Shown here in pieces: positions 18,303-27,853 of a stretch of DNA of 64,000 bases. The translations under genes were made by a program, and so were the position numbers. The notes under the pieces are model-generated. The model worked only from the letters and a program-made list of their open reading frames with translations, was not told the origin of the DNA and ran no database searches. Position 1 is the stretch's first letter, and each line of letters starts with the position of its first letter. Source of the DNA: Armatimonadota bacterium (GTDB taxonomy: Bacteria > Armatimonadota > UBA5829 > DTLH01); NCBI GenBank assembly GCA_039679675.1, contig JBDKUN010000056.1, positions 84,725 through 148,724 of the forward strand. Reading direction: 5' to 3'.

Positions 18303-21300
18303 ATGCATAGAACATCCTATGCGCGCCATATGCGGAGTATTACGCTAATGGTGACGGTGCTGGCCCTTGTCCTCTGTGCAGGAGCTTCATTTGCACAGTT
18401 AATGGACTGGAGTCAGTGGAATTATCATGTCGATGTCAATGTAAATACCGGACCGTATCCAAGAACGGTATCGCCGGTAGAACTCCAGATCAACTTTAAC
18501 AATTATCTACCTGCTGGAGCGGCTTTCGATGAAAATTCGGTAAGAGTCGCGGAATATAACGATGCGGGAAGAACCTCCCCGAAGCCAACCACGGTCAGCG
18601 GTGGCTATCCTGGCGAGATTCCCAGTCAGTTTGATAAGGGTACGGATTACGATGCCGCTACCAAGGCAACCGGTGAGGTCATATGGCTTCTCAAAGGAGA
18701 AACGGGAGCCAATACCACAAGATACTACAGAATATATTTCGATACCACTGCCAACAGCAAGATGTCCACTTTCTATTCTACAGACCTATCTCTGAATACT
18801 GATTCGACCTCAGCCTATACTGTCGAGAACGACACCTATAGAGTAGGATACGGACTTGCTAAGGGTAACATTCAAAGCCTTGCTTATAAAGTACTCATGG
18901 GATCGACGATAATGTGGGATAGCGTAGGCGGCGATACAGATGGCATTTGGGGCCTTTACTATGGGACAGAGGAGTCAGGCTATGGCTGGTTGTGCCAGCA
19001 TAACGGATCGGAGTCAGCGACCGTTACATATTCTGCAAGTGTGGTCAGACTCACAATTACCTGTGTAAGGAATCCGAGAACTTCTCTTCAGAAATATACG
19101 GTAGTGCGCAAGTTCTATGCCGGAGGTATCCCCTATTTCAAGAATGAAGTAAAGATAGAACGGCTTCCCACAGATACAGGTACAGGCGCTTGCCTGCAGA
19201 AGCAGATTCGGTGGAGCGATGCAAAGACTGACCTCTCTCTCCGCACGTTAGCTGCTTCTGATACGACGACTAATCCTATCACAGGCAATAATATGCCTTA
19301 TGACTATATCTACGACTACGGCTCCGGCGGAGGCATAGGCATCCTGATGGCTAACGACTTCAGGCCGGATGTCTACGATAGTGGTGGTACTGCTACTCCT
19401 ACCGTGCCCACTTGCACCGTTACAAATACAGGCAACCGTTATTGGAGATTCAATAATCCTGCATATCCGCAGACAATAACCCACGCCCTTTTGGTACACA
19501 ACGGAACGACCCAGGCAGAAGCAAAGAGCCAAGTGGATGCGGCCCTCAATGACTACGATTGCCCTGTCCAGGCAGTGCTGGCCAACAAAGGCTTCATACT
19601 GGGCAGAGTAACAGACGCATCTGACTCCATAAAGCCCGTCAAAGATGCGATGATAAGAGTATGGGTAAACGGTGCTTACCTTACCAAGACCTATACCACA
19701 GTGCTTGGTTACTTTGAGGTCCCCAACATTTCCGGTACTGCTAAGATCAGTGTCAAATGCGACGGATACGAGACAGCGGTGGTAGACAACCTGAATATAA
19801 CAAATGGAGTAGTCACTACTGCTAATATCTCGCTTACGCCTCTTGACAAGTGGATGAACCTGAAAACAAACGCCTGGAAATTGGCTCCTGATTCAGTAGT
19901 ATATCCTTATGTAGCAGCCGGTACGGATGTCGCTGCATTCGGTGCGGCAACCATTGCCCCGACACTGGAGAGCCAGTTTGTCGACATCACTGTTCCGAGT
20001 GATTGGGACAGCGTTCAGGGCACAGAGAGCAACCAGATTTATGGCTGGTATCGCACCAACATAACGCTGCCCTCGACATGGGCGAATAGAGACCTGATAA
20101 TCAGGGATTACCAGGTTGATGATGTGGCCGCTGTTTACATGAACGGTAAATATGTAGGTAAAGTGGGCACATTCCCGAATGCTTATTATCCGCGCACCAC
20201 AAGCTCGCCGTATTCTACAGCTGCTGGTCTTCCTGCGGATCTTATTATCCCAGCCAGTGCAGTAAACACCGGCGCTACGCCCAATGTACTCGCTGTAAGA
20301 TTGTTTGACGACACCGGTCCCGGTGGAATAGGCGCAGGCGGACCCATCCTTGAGGTGGCTCCTATTACGGCAGTGGTTAATGTGGACGTCACAGGTCCAA
20401 ATGATTCTACTGGAGAAAAGCATCCTGTCGTTGGAGCAAGTGTGCAGGTAGTAGGAACATCAATATCTGGTGTAACAGACGCTAATGGCAGATGTGCGCT
20501 CCACGGTATTCCGGGCGATATTTATGATATCACGGTCAATGCTGATGGATATGGGACACAGACTATTACTGGTGTCGATGTACCCGATGCAGGAACACTT
20601 ACCATTCCTGTAACATATGACTCGTTCACTGCAACTATAACTGGTATGGTGACCAAAGAAGGCAATCCGGTTGCCAACATACGTGTAATAGCCGAGGGCG
20701 CCTCAACTGTATCCGCCAAATCGGGTTCTGATGGACGTTACACTATTTCCGGTTTAACACCCGGTGATTACCAGCTTACATTCAACGGGATAAGAGCTGT
20801 TCCTCAGACTGGTATAGCTGTCGATGCCAAAGTGCTTCAGGTGATAAAGAATGTAGACCTGCTATATGGCTACACACCGGTCTATGATGATTTCTCCGGG
20901 ACGGAGCTTAATTCCAACAAGTGGGAGCTGTTCAATTCGGATGGTGGTGATGCGACAGGTACGCTCGCCACTCCGATCGGCGGAATATTGAATATCGAGC
21001 CTAACGGGAAAAGAGCGGGAATCATAAGCAAAGAAGCATTCCCGAGAATCGCTGAATACGAGTACCAATTGCCCAGGAAATTTACGGGCACAAACCAGTG
21101 CTTCTGTATTATCAAAGACAATGCCAGCGGTTATGCGAACTATGTCGATCTCCAGGATGAGGGCAGTACGGCTTATGCGCCGTATATGAACTGCTTTATC
21201 GATGGTTCAAAGTTCTGGCAGTCGTATGTATTGACTTCTTACCCGTATCCGACTACGGTTACTGTTCTGAGAACAGGTAACTATTACGACATCTACCTAA

Positions 21301-22706
21301 ATGGTGATCTGCTTAGAGAGACCATTACTGACAAGATTCCTGATGCAGCTTATATCTATATGTATGGCTTCGAAGCGTCAGGCACAACAACAGTGGCCTA
21401 TTTCGACAACATACGGGCAGGCGCTGCTGTTCCTGTAGCTAAATCAACAATTGCAGACTCCAAGTCTGTTGCCCCTGGTACACTGCTTCATCTACCTGAA
21501 GCTGTAGTGATAGCCAGCTTTGGAGATGCCTTCTGGGTAGAAAATACCGACCGTTCCGCAGGCATGAAGGTGATTTCTTCAACCAAACCTACGGTAGGCA
21601 AGAAGGTAATAATCGCAGGCAAGGTACAGTTGATCAACAATGAGGCTGTAATTACCGAGCCTGAAACACTGATAACCGGCAATGGCACTGTTCCTCCAGC
21701 TATTGCAATAACAGGCAAGGTCGCAGGCGAGTTCAACAAGGGCGGAGCCAGTGCACAGGGTATGCTTGTAAAAGTATCCGGCACAGTTACAGAGGTGACG
21801 AAAGACACCAATAACTACTTGACCGGTTACTATCTTGACGATGGAAGCGGCCTCACGGACGGACAGGGACACAAGGGCCTTTATGTGATAGTAGATCCTT
21901 CTTGGAAGATTTCTGCTGATAGTACTGTATCGGTGGGACAGTTCAAGACAAAGACAGGTCCTCTCACTGTATACGCAGGTGGAAGCACACCTATACCCGC
22001 CGTAAGGTCGATTGATCCTGATACGGTGTCCTTGGCTACGTTTACAGCGTATAATGACTTCGCATGGGGTTCAGCTCAGCCGAGTACGAACATTACTACT
22101 TATACCAATGGCGGGTATCCAGTCAGCGGTTACCTAAGAGATTATGTGACAGGGGCATACGTTCCTGAAAAGGTCACGATATCCTCCAGTTCCGGTGTGT
22201 TGACTGCCAACTATGATGGCGGCACTGTTCCAACTGCCGGTGATGTGCTTACTTATTTCCAGACAAATGGTCAATGGATAGCATCTATCCAGTACACCAG
22301 ATACGTGAGTGGGCAATCAGGTTGGTATTTTGATCTAGTGTTCAGCGGGCTTGACCCGAATGCGCTGTACGAGTTTGTTGGTACATGCAACTACGGAGGT
22401 TCAGGTTTTACCTCTTACAAGACATTGTACACAATCTCCGGTACCAGCAATCCTGTAAGCAGTACCTATGTTGCAGGAAGCACGGTGAACGGAAGTTCAT
22501 CGGGAACTACCATAGCAACGGACGGCACGTCAACTTCGTTCTGTACTGGTTATAACATGAGCGGTTATGTGGCAAGATGGTACAATATCAAGCCAGCAGC
22601 CGACGGCACGTTCAAGATAAGAGCTACAACCGGTAATTCAAGTACTAATGGATTCCCGTATGGTGTTTGTAGGCTCCAAAAACAGGGTGCTGAGCTGACA
22701 CAGTAG
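18303..22706 (+). CDS. Large secreted modular protein, paralog 4
   Basis: 1467 aa, colinear with paralog 3; RBS GAGGAGG. Confidence 0.85.
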   Translation: MHRTSYARHMRSITLMVTVLALVLCAGASFAQLMDWSQWNYHVDVNVNTGPYPRTVSPVELQINFNNYLPAGAAFDENSVRVAEYNDAGRTSPKPTTVSGGYPGEIPSQFDKGTDYDAATKATGEVIWLLKGETGANTTRYYRIYFDTTANSKMSTFYSTDLSLNTDSTSAYTVENDTYRVGYGLAKGNIQSLAYKVLMGSTIMWDSVGGDTDGIWGLYYGTEESGYGWLCQHNGSESATVTYSASVVRLTITCVRNPRTSLQKYTVVRKFYAGGIPYFKNEVKIERLPTDTGTGACLQKQIRWSDAKTDLSLRTLAASDTTTNPITGNNMPYDYIYDYGSGGGIGILMANDFRPDVYDSGGTATPTVPTCTVTNTGNRYWRFNNPAYPQTITHALLVHNGTTQAEAKSQVDAALNDYDCPVQAVLANKGFILGRVTDASDSIKPVKDAMIRVWVNGAYLTKTYTTVLGYFEVPNISGTAKISVKCDGYETAVVDNLNITNGVVTTANISLTPLDKWMNLKTNAWKLAPDSVVYPYVAAGTDVAAFGAATIAPTLESQFVDITVPSDWDSVQGTESNQIYGWYRTNITLPSTWANRDLIIRDYQVDDVAAVYMNGKYVGKVGTFPNAYYPRTTSSPYSTAAGLPADLIIPASAVNTGATPNVLAVRLFDDTGPGGIGAGGPILEVAPITAVVNVDVTGPNDSTGEKHPVVGASVQVVGTSISGVTDANGRCALHGIPGDIYDITVNADGYGTQTITGVDVPDAGTLTIPVTYDSFTATITGMVTKEGNPVANIRVIAEGASTVSAKSGSDGRYTISGLTPGDYQLTFNGIRAVPQTGIAVDAKVLQVIKNVDLLYGYTPVYDDFSGTELNSNKWELFNSDGGDATGTLATPIGGILNIEPNGKRAGIISKEAFPRIAEYEYQLPRKFTGTNQCFCIIKDNASGYANYVDLQDEGSTAYAPYMNCFIDGSKFWQSYVLTSYPYPTTVTVLRTGNYYDIYLNGDLLRETITDKIPDAAYIYMYGFEASGTTTVAYFDNIRAGAAVPVAKSTIADSKSVAPGTLLHLPEAVVIASFGDAFWVENTDRSAGMKVISSTKPTVGKKVIIAGKVQLINNEAVITEPETLITGNGTVPPAIAITGKVAGEFNKGGASAQGMLVKVSGTVTEVTKDTNNYLTGYYLDDGSGLTDGQGHKGLYVIVDPSWKISADSTVSVGQFKTKTGPLTVYAGGSTPIPAVRSIDPDTVSLATFTAYNDFAWGSAQPSTNITTYTNGGYPVSGYLRDYVTGAYVPEKVTISSSSGVLTANYDGGTVPTAGDVLTYFQTNGQWIASIQYTRYVSGQSGWYFDLVFSGLDPNALYEFVGTCNYGGSGFTSYKTLYTISGTSNPVSSTYVAGSTVNGSSSGTTIATDGTSTSFCTGYNMSGYVARWYNIKPAADGTFKIRATTGNSSTNGFPYGVCRLQKQGAELTQ

Positions 22707-22741
22707 GCAACAGTGTCCTGGATTGAACTTGATCATGTGAT

Positions 22742-22776
22742 AAACGGCCTGGGAAAACTTACTCCCAGGCCGTTTT
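22742..22776. terminator. Bidirectional terminator
   Basis: AAACGGCCTGGGA/TCCCAGGCCGTTTT between convergent genes. Confidence 0.85.
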
Positions 22777-22793
22777 CATAACTAAAATCAGGA

Positions 22794-24272
22794 TTAGCTC
22801 CTGCTGACCGTGAGGAACCGCTCGTAGGCTTCGTCCCAGCCGGTTCTGTCCTGCGGAACGAACTCTTCCAGGATAAAGGAGTTTCTTATAACCTGTCTGG
22901 CCTCTTCGAGTGAACCGATGAGCCCGACCGCCATCGCCTGCACCAGCACATTCCCCGCTGCTGTCGCCTCTATCGGGCCTACAACGACCTTCCTGCCGGT
23001 TGCATCGGCGGCGAACTGGCAAAGCAGTTTGTTCTGGCATCCGCCGCCTACGATGTTGATGGTATCTATCGACCTTCCGGTAAGCTCTTCGAGTGCTTCG
23101 ATGGTCTGCCGGTAGCTCAGCGAAAGGCTTTCGAGTGCTGTACGCGCGATTTCACCTTTTGTCTCCGGTATCCTTTGCCCGGTCGATGCGCAGAACCTGC
23201 ATATCCGCTCCGGCATATCTCCAGGGGCGAGGAACGACGGGTCTTTAGTGTCGATAATGCTCTTGAAAGGCTCTGCAGCTGCCGCGATACGCGTAATTCC
23301 TTCGTAAGAAAACTCCTCGCCCTCTTTTGCCCAGGTCCGCCTCGATTCCTGCACCAGCCACAACCCCATAATGTTTGTAAGGAACCGGAAAGTCCCTTCT
23401 ACTCCGCCTTCATTGGTGAAATTGTGCATTCGGGCGTTTTCGTTGATTATAGGCTCACTCGTCTCGATTCCCATAAGCGACCAGGTGCCGGAACTTATAT
23501 AGGCACAGTTTTGCCCGCTTATCGGTGCTGCTACAACGGCTGAAGCTGTATCATGGGAAGCGGTAGCTATGACGGGAACGTCCTCTGCACCGGTCTCCTC
23601 AGCGACATCGGGGAGAACAGGCCCAAGCACTGTTCCGGGAGAGATTATTTCGGGCAGTATATTGGTGGGAAGGCCCAGTTTCTTCATAAGCTCGAATGCC
23701 CACGTTTTCTTGCGCGGGTCGTAGCACTGGCTTGTGGAAACATGAGTGAATTCTGCTGCCTTAACTCCCGAAAACCAGAAGCTGAACAAGTTGGGGATCG
23801 GAAGTATGACCTCAGCGAGCTCCAGAAGAGGGGATTTTTCGAGGGACATCGCATAAAGCTGATAGAGGGTGTTGAATTGCATAAACTGCAGTCCCGTAGT
23901 CTCGAATATCTCCTCAGCGGATATATGTTTGAACACTTCTTCCATCATCCCGTTTGTGCGGGAATCTCGGTAGTGATAAGGATTGCCGAGAAGCACGTCC
24001 GATTTTCCGAGAAGAGCATAATCCACTCCCCACGTATCGATCCCGATACCAGAGAGGTCGATCCCAGACTTTACGGACTGGGACAGTGCATACTTCATAT
24101 GGTCGAACAGCCGGAGCACATCCCAGTAAATGCTCCCGCGTATTCGTGATGGTCCGTTTGGAAATCTGTGTAATACGTCAAGTTCAAGTTTATCGTCGCT
24201 GATGGAACCTATTATCCCACGTCCGCTTTCAGCGCCGAGATCAAGTGCTAGAAAATTTGCCTTACTACCCAA
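22794..24272 (-). CDS. rhaB: Rhamnulokinase-like FGGY carbohydrate kinase
   Basis: LALDLGAESGR, GIDTWGVDY, SHDTASAV, SSGTWSLMG, FTNEGG, IVGGG. Confidence 0.85.
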   Translation of the reverse strand: MGSKANFLALDLGAESGRGIIGSISDDKLELDVLHRFPNGPSRIRGSIYWDVLRLFDHMKYALSQSVKSGIDLSGIGIDTWGVDYALLGKSDVLLGNPYHYRDSRTNGMMEEVFKHISAEEIFETTGLQFMQFNTLYQLYAMSLEKSPLLELAEVILPIPNLFSFWFSGVKAAEFTHVSTSQCYDPRKKTWAFELMKKLGLPTNILPEIISPGTVLGPVLPDVAEETGAEDVPVIATASHDTASAVVAAPISGQNCAYISSGTWSLMGIETSEPIINENARMHNFTNEGGVEGTFRFLTNIMGLWLVQESRRTWAKEGEEFSYEGITRIAAAAEPFKSIIDTKDPSFLAPGDMPERICRFCASTGQRIPETKGEIARTALESLSLSYRQTIEALEELTGRSIDTINIVGGGCQNKLLCQFAADATGRKVVVGPIEATAAGNVLVQAMAVGLIGSLEEARQVIRNSFILEEFVPQDRTGWDEAYERFLTVSRS

Positions 24273-24490
24273 GTTATAATTCTCCTTCCATCTGGAACCG
24301 CAAATTTTGGGTATATCTTAACCAACCACTACAGAGTTAGGAAAATGTTGCCAAGTATCCTGCCTTGTTCTCGATAAACAGCAAAAAACTCTGCCGAAAC
24401 AGCGGAACCTGGCAGGCCGGCGTATCGTAATTATATATAGAGCAAAACTTAAGTCTTGTTCTATAGCAACGTATCCGATAATATTAATAC

Positions 24491-24605
24491 GATCGCTGAA
24501 TCCCGGTTTCGGGAGCGGGGAGACCAATTTGAGGGGGCTTGTCCTCACGGTGGAGGAGGGATATCTTCCTATCCCAGCCCGTCAGCTAACCCCGCAGGCG
24601 AGAAA
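24491..24605 (+). ncRNA. c-di-AMP (ydaO/yuaA) riboswitch
   Basis: TCGCTGAATCCC..GGGAGCGGGGAGACC..GGGG..AGGG..CCC..CCCGTCAGCTAACCCCGCAGGCGA matches ydaO hallmarks in order. Confidence 0.85.
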
Positions 24606-24623
24606 GGAAGAAGGTTGCAGCGT

Positions 24624-25001
24624 ATGAAACAACTGGAGCCGTTACCGAGCGGGCTTCATGTAAAAAACATCGGTGAAGCAATAGTAATCTGCCCTGAAGG
24701 TGCATGTGACGAGGAGTGCACTGAAGCTCTCGAAAGTATAATAAGCCAGATAGAGAGCAAACCACAGACGAACATCATCCTTGATGCAAGCAAGATCAAC
24801 TACATTGAAACCTCTGGATTCAGGTGGATCATCAATCAGTTCCGCAAATTGCAGGAAATAGGGGGATCGCTCATAGTAGCCGGTCTCGCTGGTCCTGCTG
24901 AACGCGCGTTCAAGCTGCTTCAGCTTGATAGATACATCCCCGCCGCTGCCACAGTGGAAGCGGCGCTTGCTCGCGTGAGAAAACGGGAGCAAGCTGGCTA
25001 G
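24624..25001 (+). CDS. STAS-domain protein (anti-anti-sigma-like)
   Basis: IILDASKINYIETSGF, GGSLIVAGL, FKLLQLD; the ORF-track extension upstream overlaps the riboswitch. Confidence 0.82.
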   Translation: MKQLEPLPSGLHVKNIGEAIVICPEGACDEECTEALESIISQIESKPQTNIILDASKINYIETSGFRWIINQFRKLQEIGGSLIVAGLAGPAERAFKLLQLDRYIPAAATVEAALARVRKREQAG

Positions 25002-25028
25002 AAGAACAGAAAAGACAACAGGGCTTAT

Positions 25029-25066
25029 GTTAGCTGGCGGCTGAAAGCCGTCAGCTAACGCCTTTT
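25029..25066 (+). terminator. 14-bp hairpin, terminator or REP-like
   Basis: GTTAGCTGGCGGCT-GAA-AGCCGTCAGCTAAC then GCCTTTT. Confidence 0.55.
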
Positions 25067-25188
25067 GAATCACGGAGGCGCGGAAAGCTGCCTTCGGCAA
25101 CCAAATTTGACCTCAGTTTACCCGCAGGTGTATATTGACTATAAGGTATCTGTGCCTTATAAAGCGCGGACGATACCGGGAGGAAACG

Positions 25189-25860
25189 TTGCCGGAAAAA
25201 ACTCCTGAAAACCAGTCGATTTCGGTATTGATAGCAGATGACCATGCCATATTAAGGGAAGGCCTAAAGGGTCTGCTTGATGAATATGAGGATATCTCCG
25301 TAGTCGGTGAGGCTGTTACCGGCAAGGATGCAATCCGCAAAACACGGGAACTCGAACCTGATATATTGCTCCTTGATCTCATCATGCCCGAGCTTGGCGG
25401 GCTGCAAGCACTTGAAGTCATTCGCAGGGAAGCGCCTGCCACAAATACAATCATCCTGACCGGAGCTGATGACGACGATTCGCTCGCTCGCTCGATACGG
25501 TTGGGAGCCAAAGGCTATCTTCTTAAAGACACCGCATCGTCCCAACTGGTGGAAGCTATTCGAGCAGTTGCTTCAGGCGCCTGCTGGCTGCCGCAGGGGC
25601 TCACCGATAGGCTGTTTCATGGCATTGCAAAGCGCCCGGAGGAGGATGAATCGACAAAACTGGCTCTTCTGACAGCGCGCGAAATGGAAGTATTTCAGCT
25701 GATTGGGGAAGCGCTTTCAAATTCAGCAATAGCAGAGAAGCTTTTCATAAGTGAGCACACGGTCAAGGTCCACGTAAGCAGAATCCTCGAGAAACTGGGC
25801 CTGGAGAACCGTGCGGAAGCAATCCGGTTTGCTATCCGTCACGGGTTGTCAAAGGCATAG
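25189..25860 (+). CDS. NarL/LuxR family response regulator
   Basis: IADDH, LLDLIMP, GYLLK, LTAREMEV..IAEKLFISEHTVKVHV; TTG start after GGGAGG. Confidence 0.93.
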   Translation: MPEKTPENQSISVLIADDHAILREGLKGLLDEYEDISVVGEAVTGKDAIRKTRELEPDILLLDLIMPELGGLQALEVIRREAPATNTIILTGADDDDSLARSIRLGAKGYLLKDTASSQLVEAIRAVASGACWLPQGLTDRLFHGIAKRPEEDESTKLALLTAREMEVFQLIGEALSNSAIAEKLFISEHTVKVHVSRILEKLGLENRAEAIRFAIRHGLSKA

Positions 25861-25863
25861 CCT

Positions 25864-27534
25864 ATGACATCTGAAGCCCAATATACGCCCCGAAGAGAAG
25901 AAATAGCTATGGAGCGCACTCTTGCAGATGTGCGCATTATCCTGTGGTTCGCTACTGCCGTGATTATGACGACCCTCGTGGTGCAGAATGGCAACTATCG
26001 CTTCTGGCTGCCGTTCGGTTTGTTCATGTTTCTTGTCTACAGCACCGGTATGTGGCTGATAGTGCACTATTTCCCCTTTCCGCGCTTGCTCCATACTGCT
26101 GTAATTATTTCGAGCTTCGTCGAGGTGCTGCTCATAACCTTCATCGTTTGGGCGACTTATGCTCCGTTGACACCGTATTACCTTTGGTATGTCTTTTATG
26201 TAGTAAGTATCGCACTCAGGTTCGGACTTCAGTTCTCGATCATCAGCTTGTCAGCGAGCGTCGTTCTGTATACGATAACAGCGATGTCACCCAACAATTC
26301 AATCGTCAACGTACCGAACTTCCTCGGTTATACATGGTTCCTATTTGTTCTGGCGTTTTTGTTCGGGCATATGTCAGAGAGGCAGCGCAGCTACCAGGTC
26401 CGGCTCACGGTCGTGAACGAGCTTGGAGTGGCATTGGCATCGCTCTCTACCTCGAAGGACATCATCAGCCACCTGGTTTCGGAGACAGCCCGCCTCTCCG
26501 GATCGAGCAAATGTTGGTTTATACCGCATCAATCCCCTGAAGGAGGAATCGCTTCCAGCGCATCAGTTGGAATACCAAACGATGCACTCAGTACCCTGGT
26601 CGGAAGCCTGGGCGATTGGTCGCCTGATAAGGTGCTTGAGGAGAGACGTATTCTCGTCAGCAACAACCGCCGCAGAGATCAAAAGCTGCCTGCGGACGCG
26701 CTCAAATTGATACCAATGAAGTCGATTGCGGCTGTTCCGCTCTATGTACGTGAGTTACCTGTCGGCGTGCTTTACGCAGCGGACCGGCAGACGCGCGGGT
26801 TTTCCGGTTATGACATCGAACTACTGGAACTTGTCGCTGCACAGGCTGCGCCGATTATTGAGAACATCCGGCTTTGGGAGCAATTGAAGGAAACCGCGGC
26901 TTCCGAAGAACGGCTCAGAATAGCCCGCGACCTTCATGATGACTTTTTGCAGACACTGAGCGCTATAAAGCTCTACCTGGAGCGATGCAGGCTCCTGATC
27001 GATAAAGACCCGGAAAAAGCCAAGTCCGCAGTGGACCGGCTGAACCAGATATCCACACAAGGTCTGGCTGATGTTCGCTCTTACCTTTCGCAACTCAGGC
27101 TCATGGGGCCGGAACCGTCCATGTTCGGAGAAGCCGCCGAAAAGGCTGCTGCGGAAGCGGCATCACGCGGCGGATTCATAATCCATACGGATGTGGATGT
27201 ATCCGAGAGCATCCTTACAAGGCAATTGTCACTGACCGCGTTTCAGATATTGCGCGAGCTTCTGAACAACGTAGTGAAGCATGCGGAGGCTGAAAACGTA
27301 TGGTTCAAGGTTATATGTGACTCTGGCAGCCTTTTGATCGAAGTCAGGGATGATGGGGTTGGCTTTGATCTGGATGATGGCAAACATGCCAGTGAGAAAG
27401 GCCATTTGGGGCTTGTGGGCATCGAAGAACGCGTAAAGGAACACAGCGGGGAATTATGCATGGAAAGCAAGCCGGGTGAAGGTACAAGGGTGAAAATCCT
27501 GCTTCCGGTACAGCCGGATGAAACGGATAACTGA
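25864..27534 (+). CDS. Membrane GAF-domain sensor histidine kinase (HisKA_3)
   Basis: Several TM helices, GAF, ERLRIARDLHD, ELLNNVVKHA, DDGVGF, GLVGIEER. Confidence 0.93.
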   Translation: MTSEAQYTPRREEIAMERTLADVRIILWFATAVIMTTLVVQNGNYRFWLPFGLFMFLVYSTGMWLIVHYFPFPRLLHTAVIISSFVEVLLITFIVWATYAPLTPYYLWYVFYVVSIALRFGLQFSIISLSASVVLYTITAMSPNNSIVNVPNFLGYTWFLFVLAFLFGHMSERQRSYQVRLTVVNELGVALASLSTSKDIISHLVSETARLSGSSKCWFIPHQSPEGGIASSASVGIPNDALSTLVGSLGDWSPDKVLEERRILVSNNRRRDQKLPADALKLIPMKSIAAVPLYVRELPVGVLYAADRQTRGFSGYDIELLELVAAQAAPIIENIRLWEQLKETAASEERLRIARDLHDDFLQTLSAIKLYLERCRLLIDKDPEKAKSAVDRLNQISTQGLADVRSYLSQLRLMGPEPSMFGEAAEKAAAEAASRGGFIIHTDVDVSESILTRQLSLTAFQILRELLNNVVKHAEAENVWFKVICDSGSLLIEVRDDGVGFDLDDGKHASEKGHLGLVGIEERVKEHSGELCMESKPGEGTRVKILLPVQPDETDN

Positions 27535-27853
27535 AACCCTTGTTGGGATATTTGAAAATTGATCGGCACCTGCTTCACGCTGTTTCGGCCGTGGGGATAG
27601 CCGGTATTTCAGGTGCTGCAGGTTGGAGCGCTTGTCTGAATAACGCTCCAAGGCAAATCTTTGAGTAATGGACCCGTGTATTTTCGGTTTCAGACAGCCT
27701 GCCGACCGTCAATGTAATTGTACCCCTTGGCGTCCCCGCCTGCAATCGGCCTTGAGACGTATTTTGGATTATCGAAAAGTGTTACGTGCATGTAATACTA
27801 AAGTATTACATCGCAATAAATTCCGGCTATATGAGGCATAATAATCCGGAAAA

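Noticed and set aside
24456..24623. N-terminal extension of the STAS ORF
   Set aside because: It overlaps the ydaO riboswitch; ATG 24624 gives a normal-sized STAS protein.
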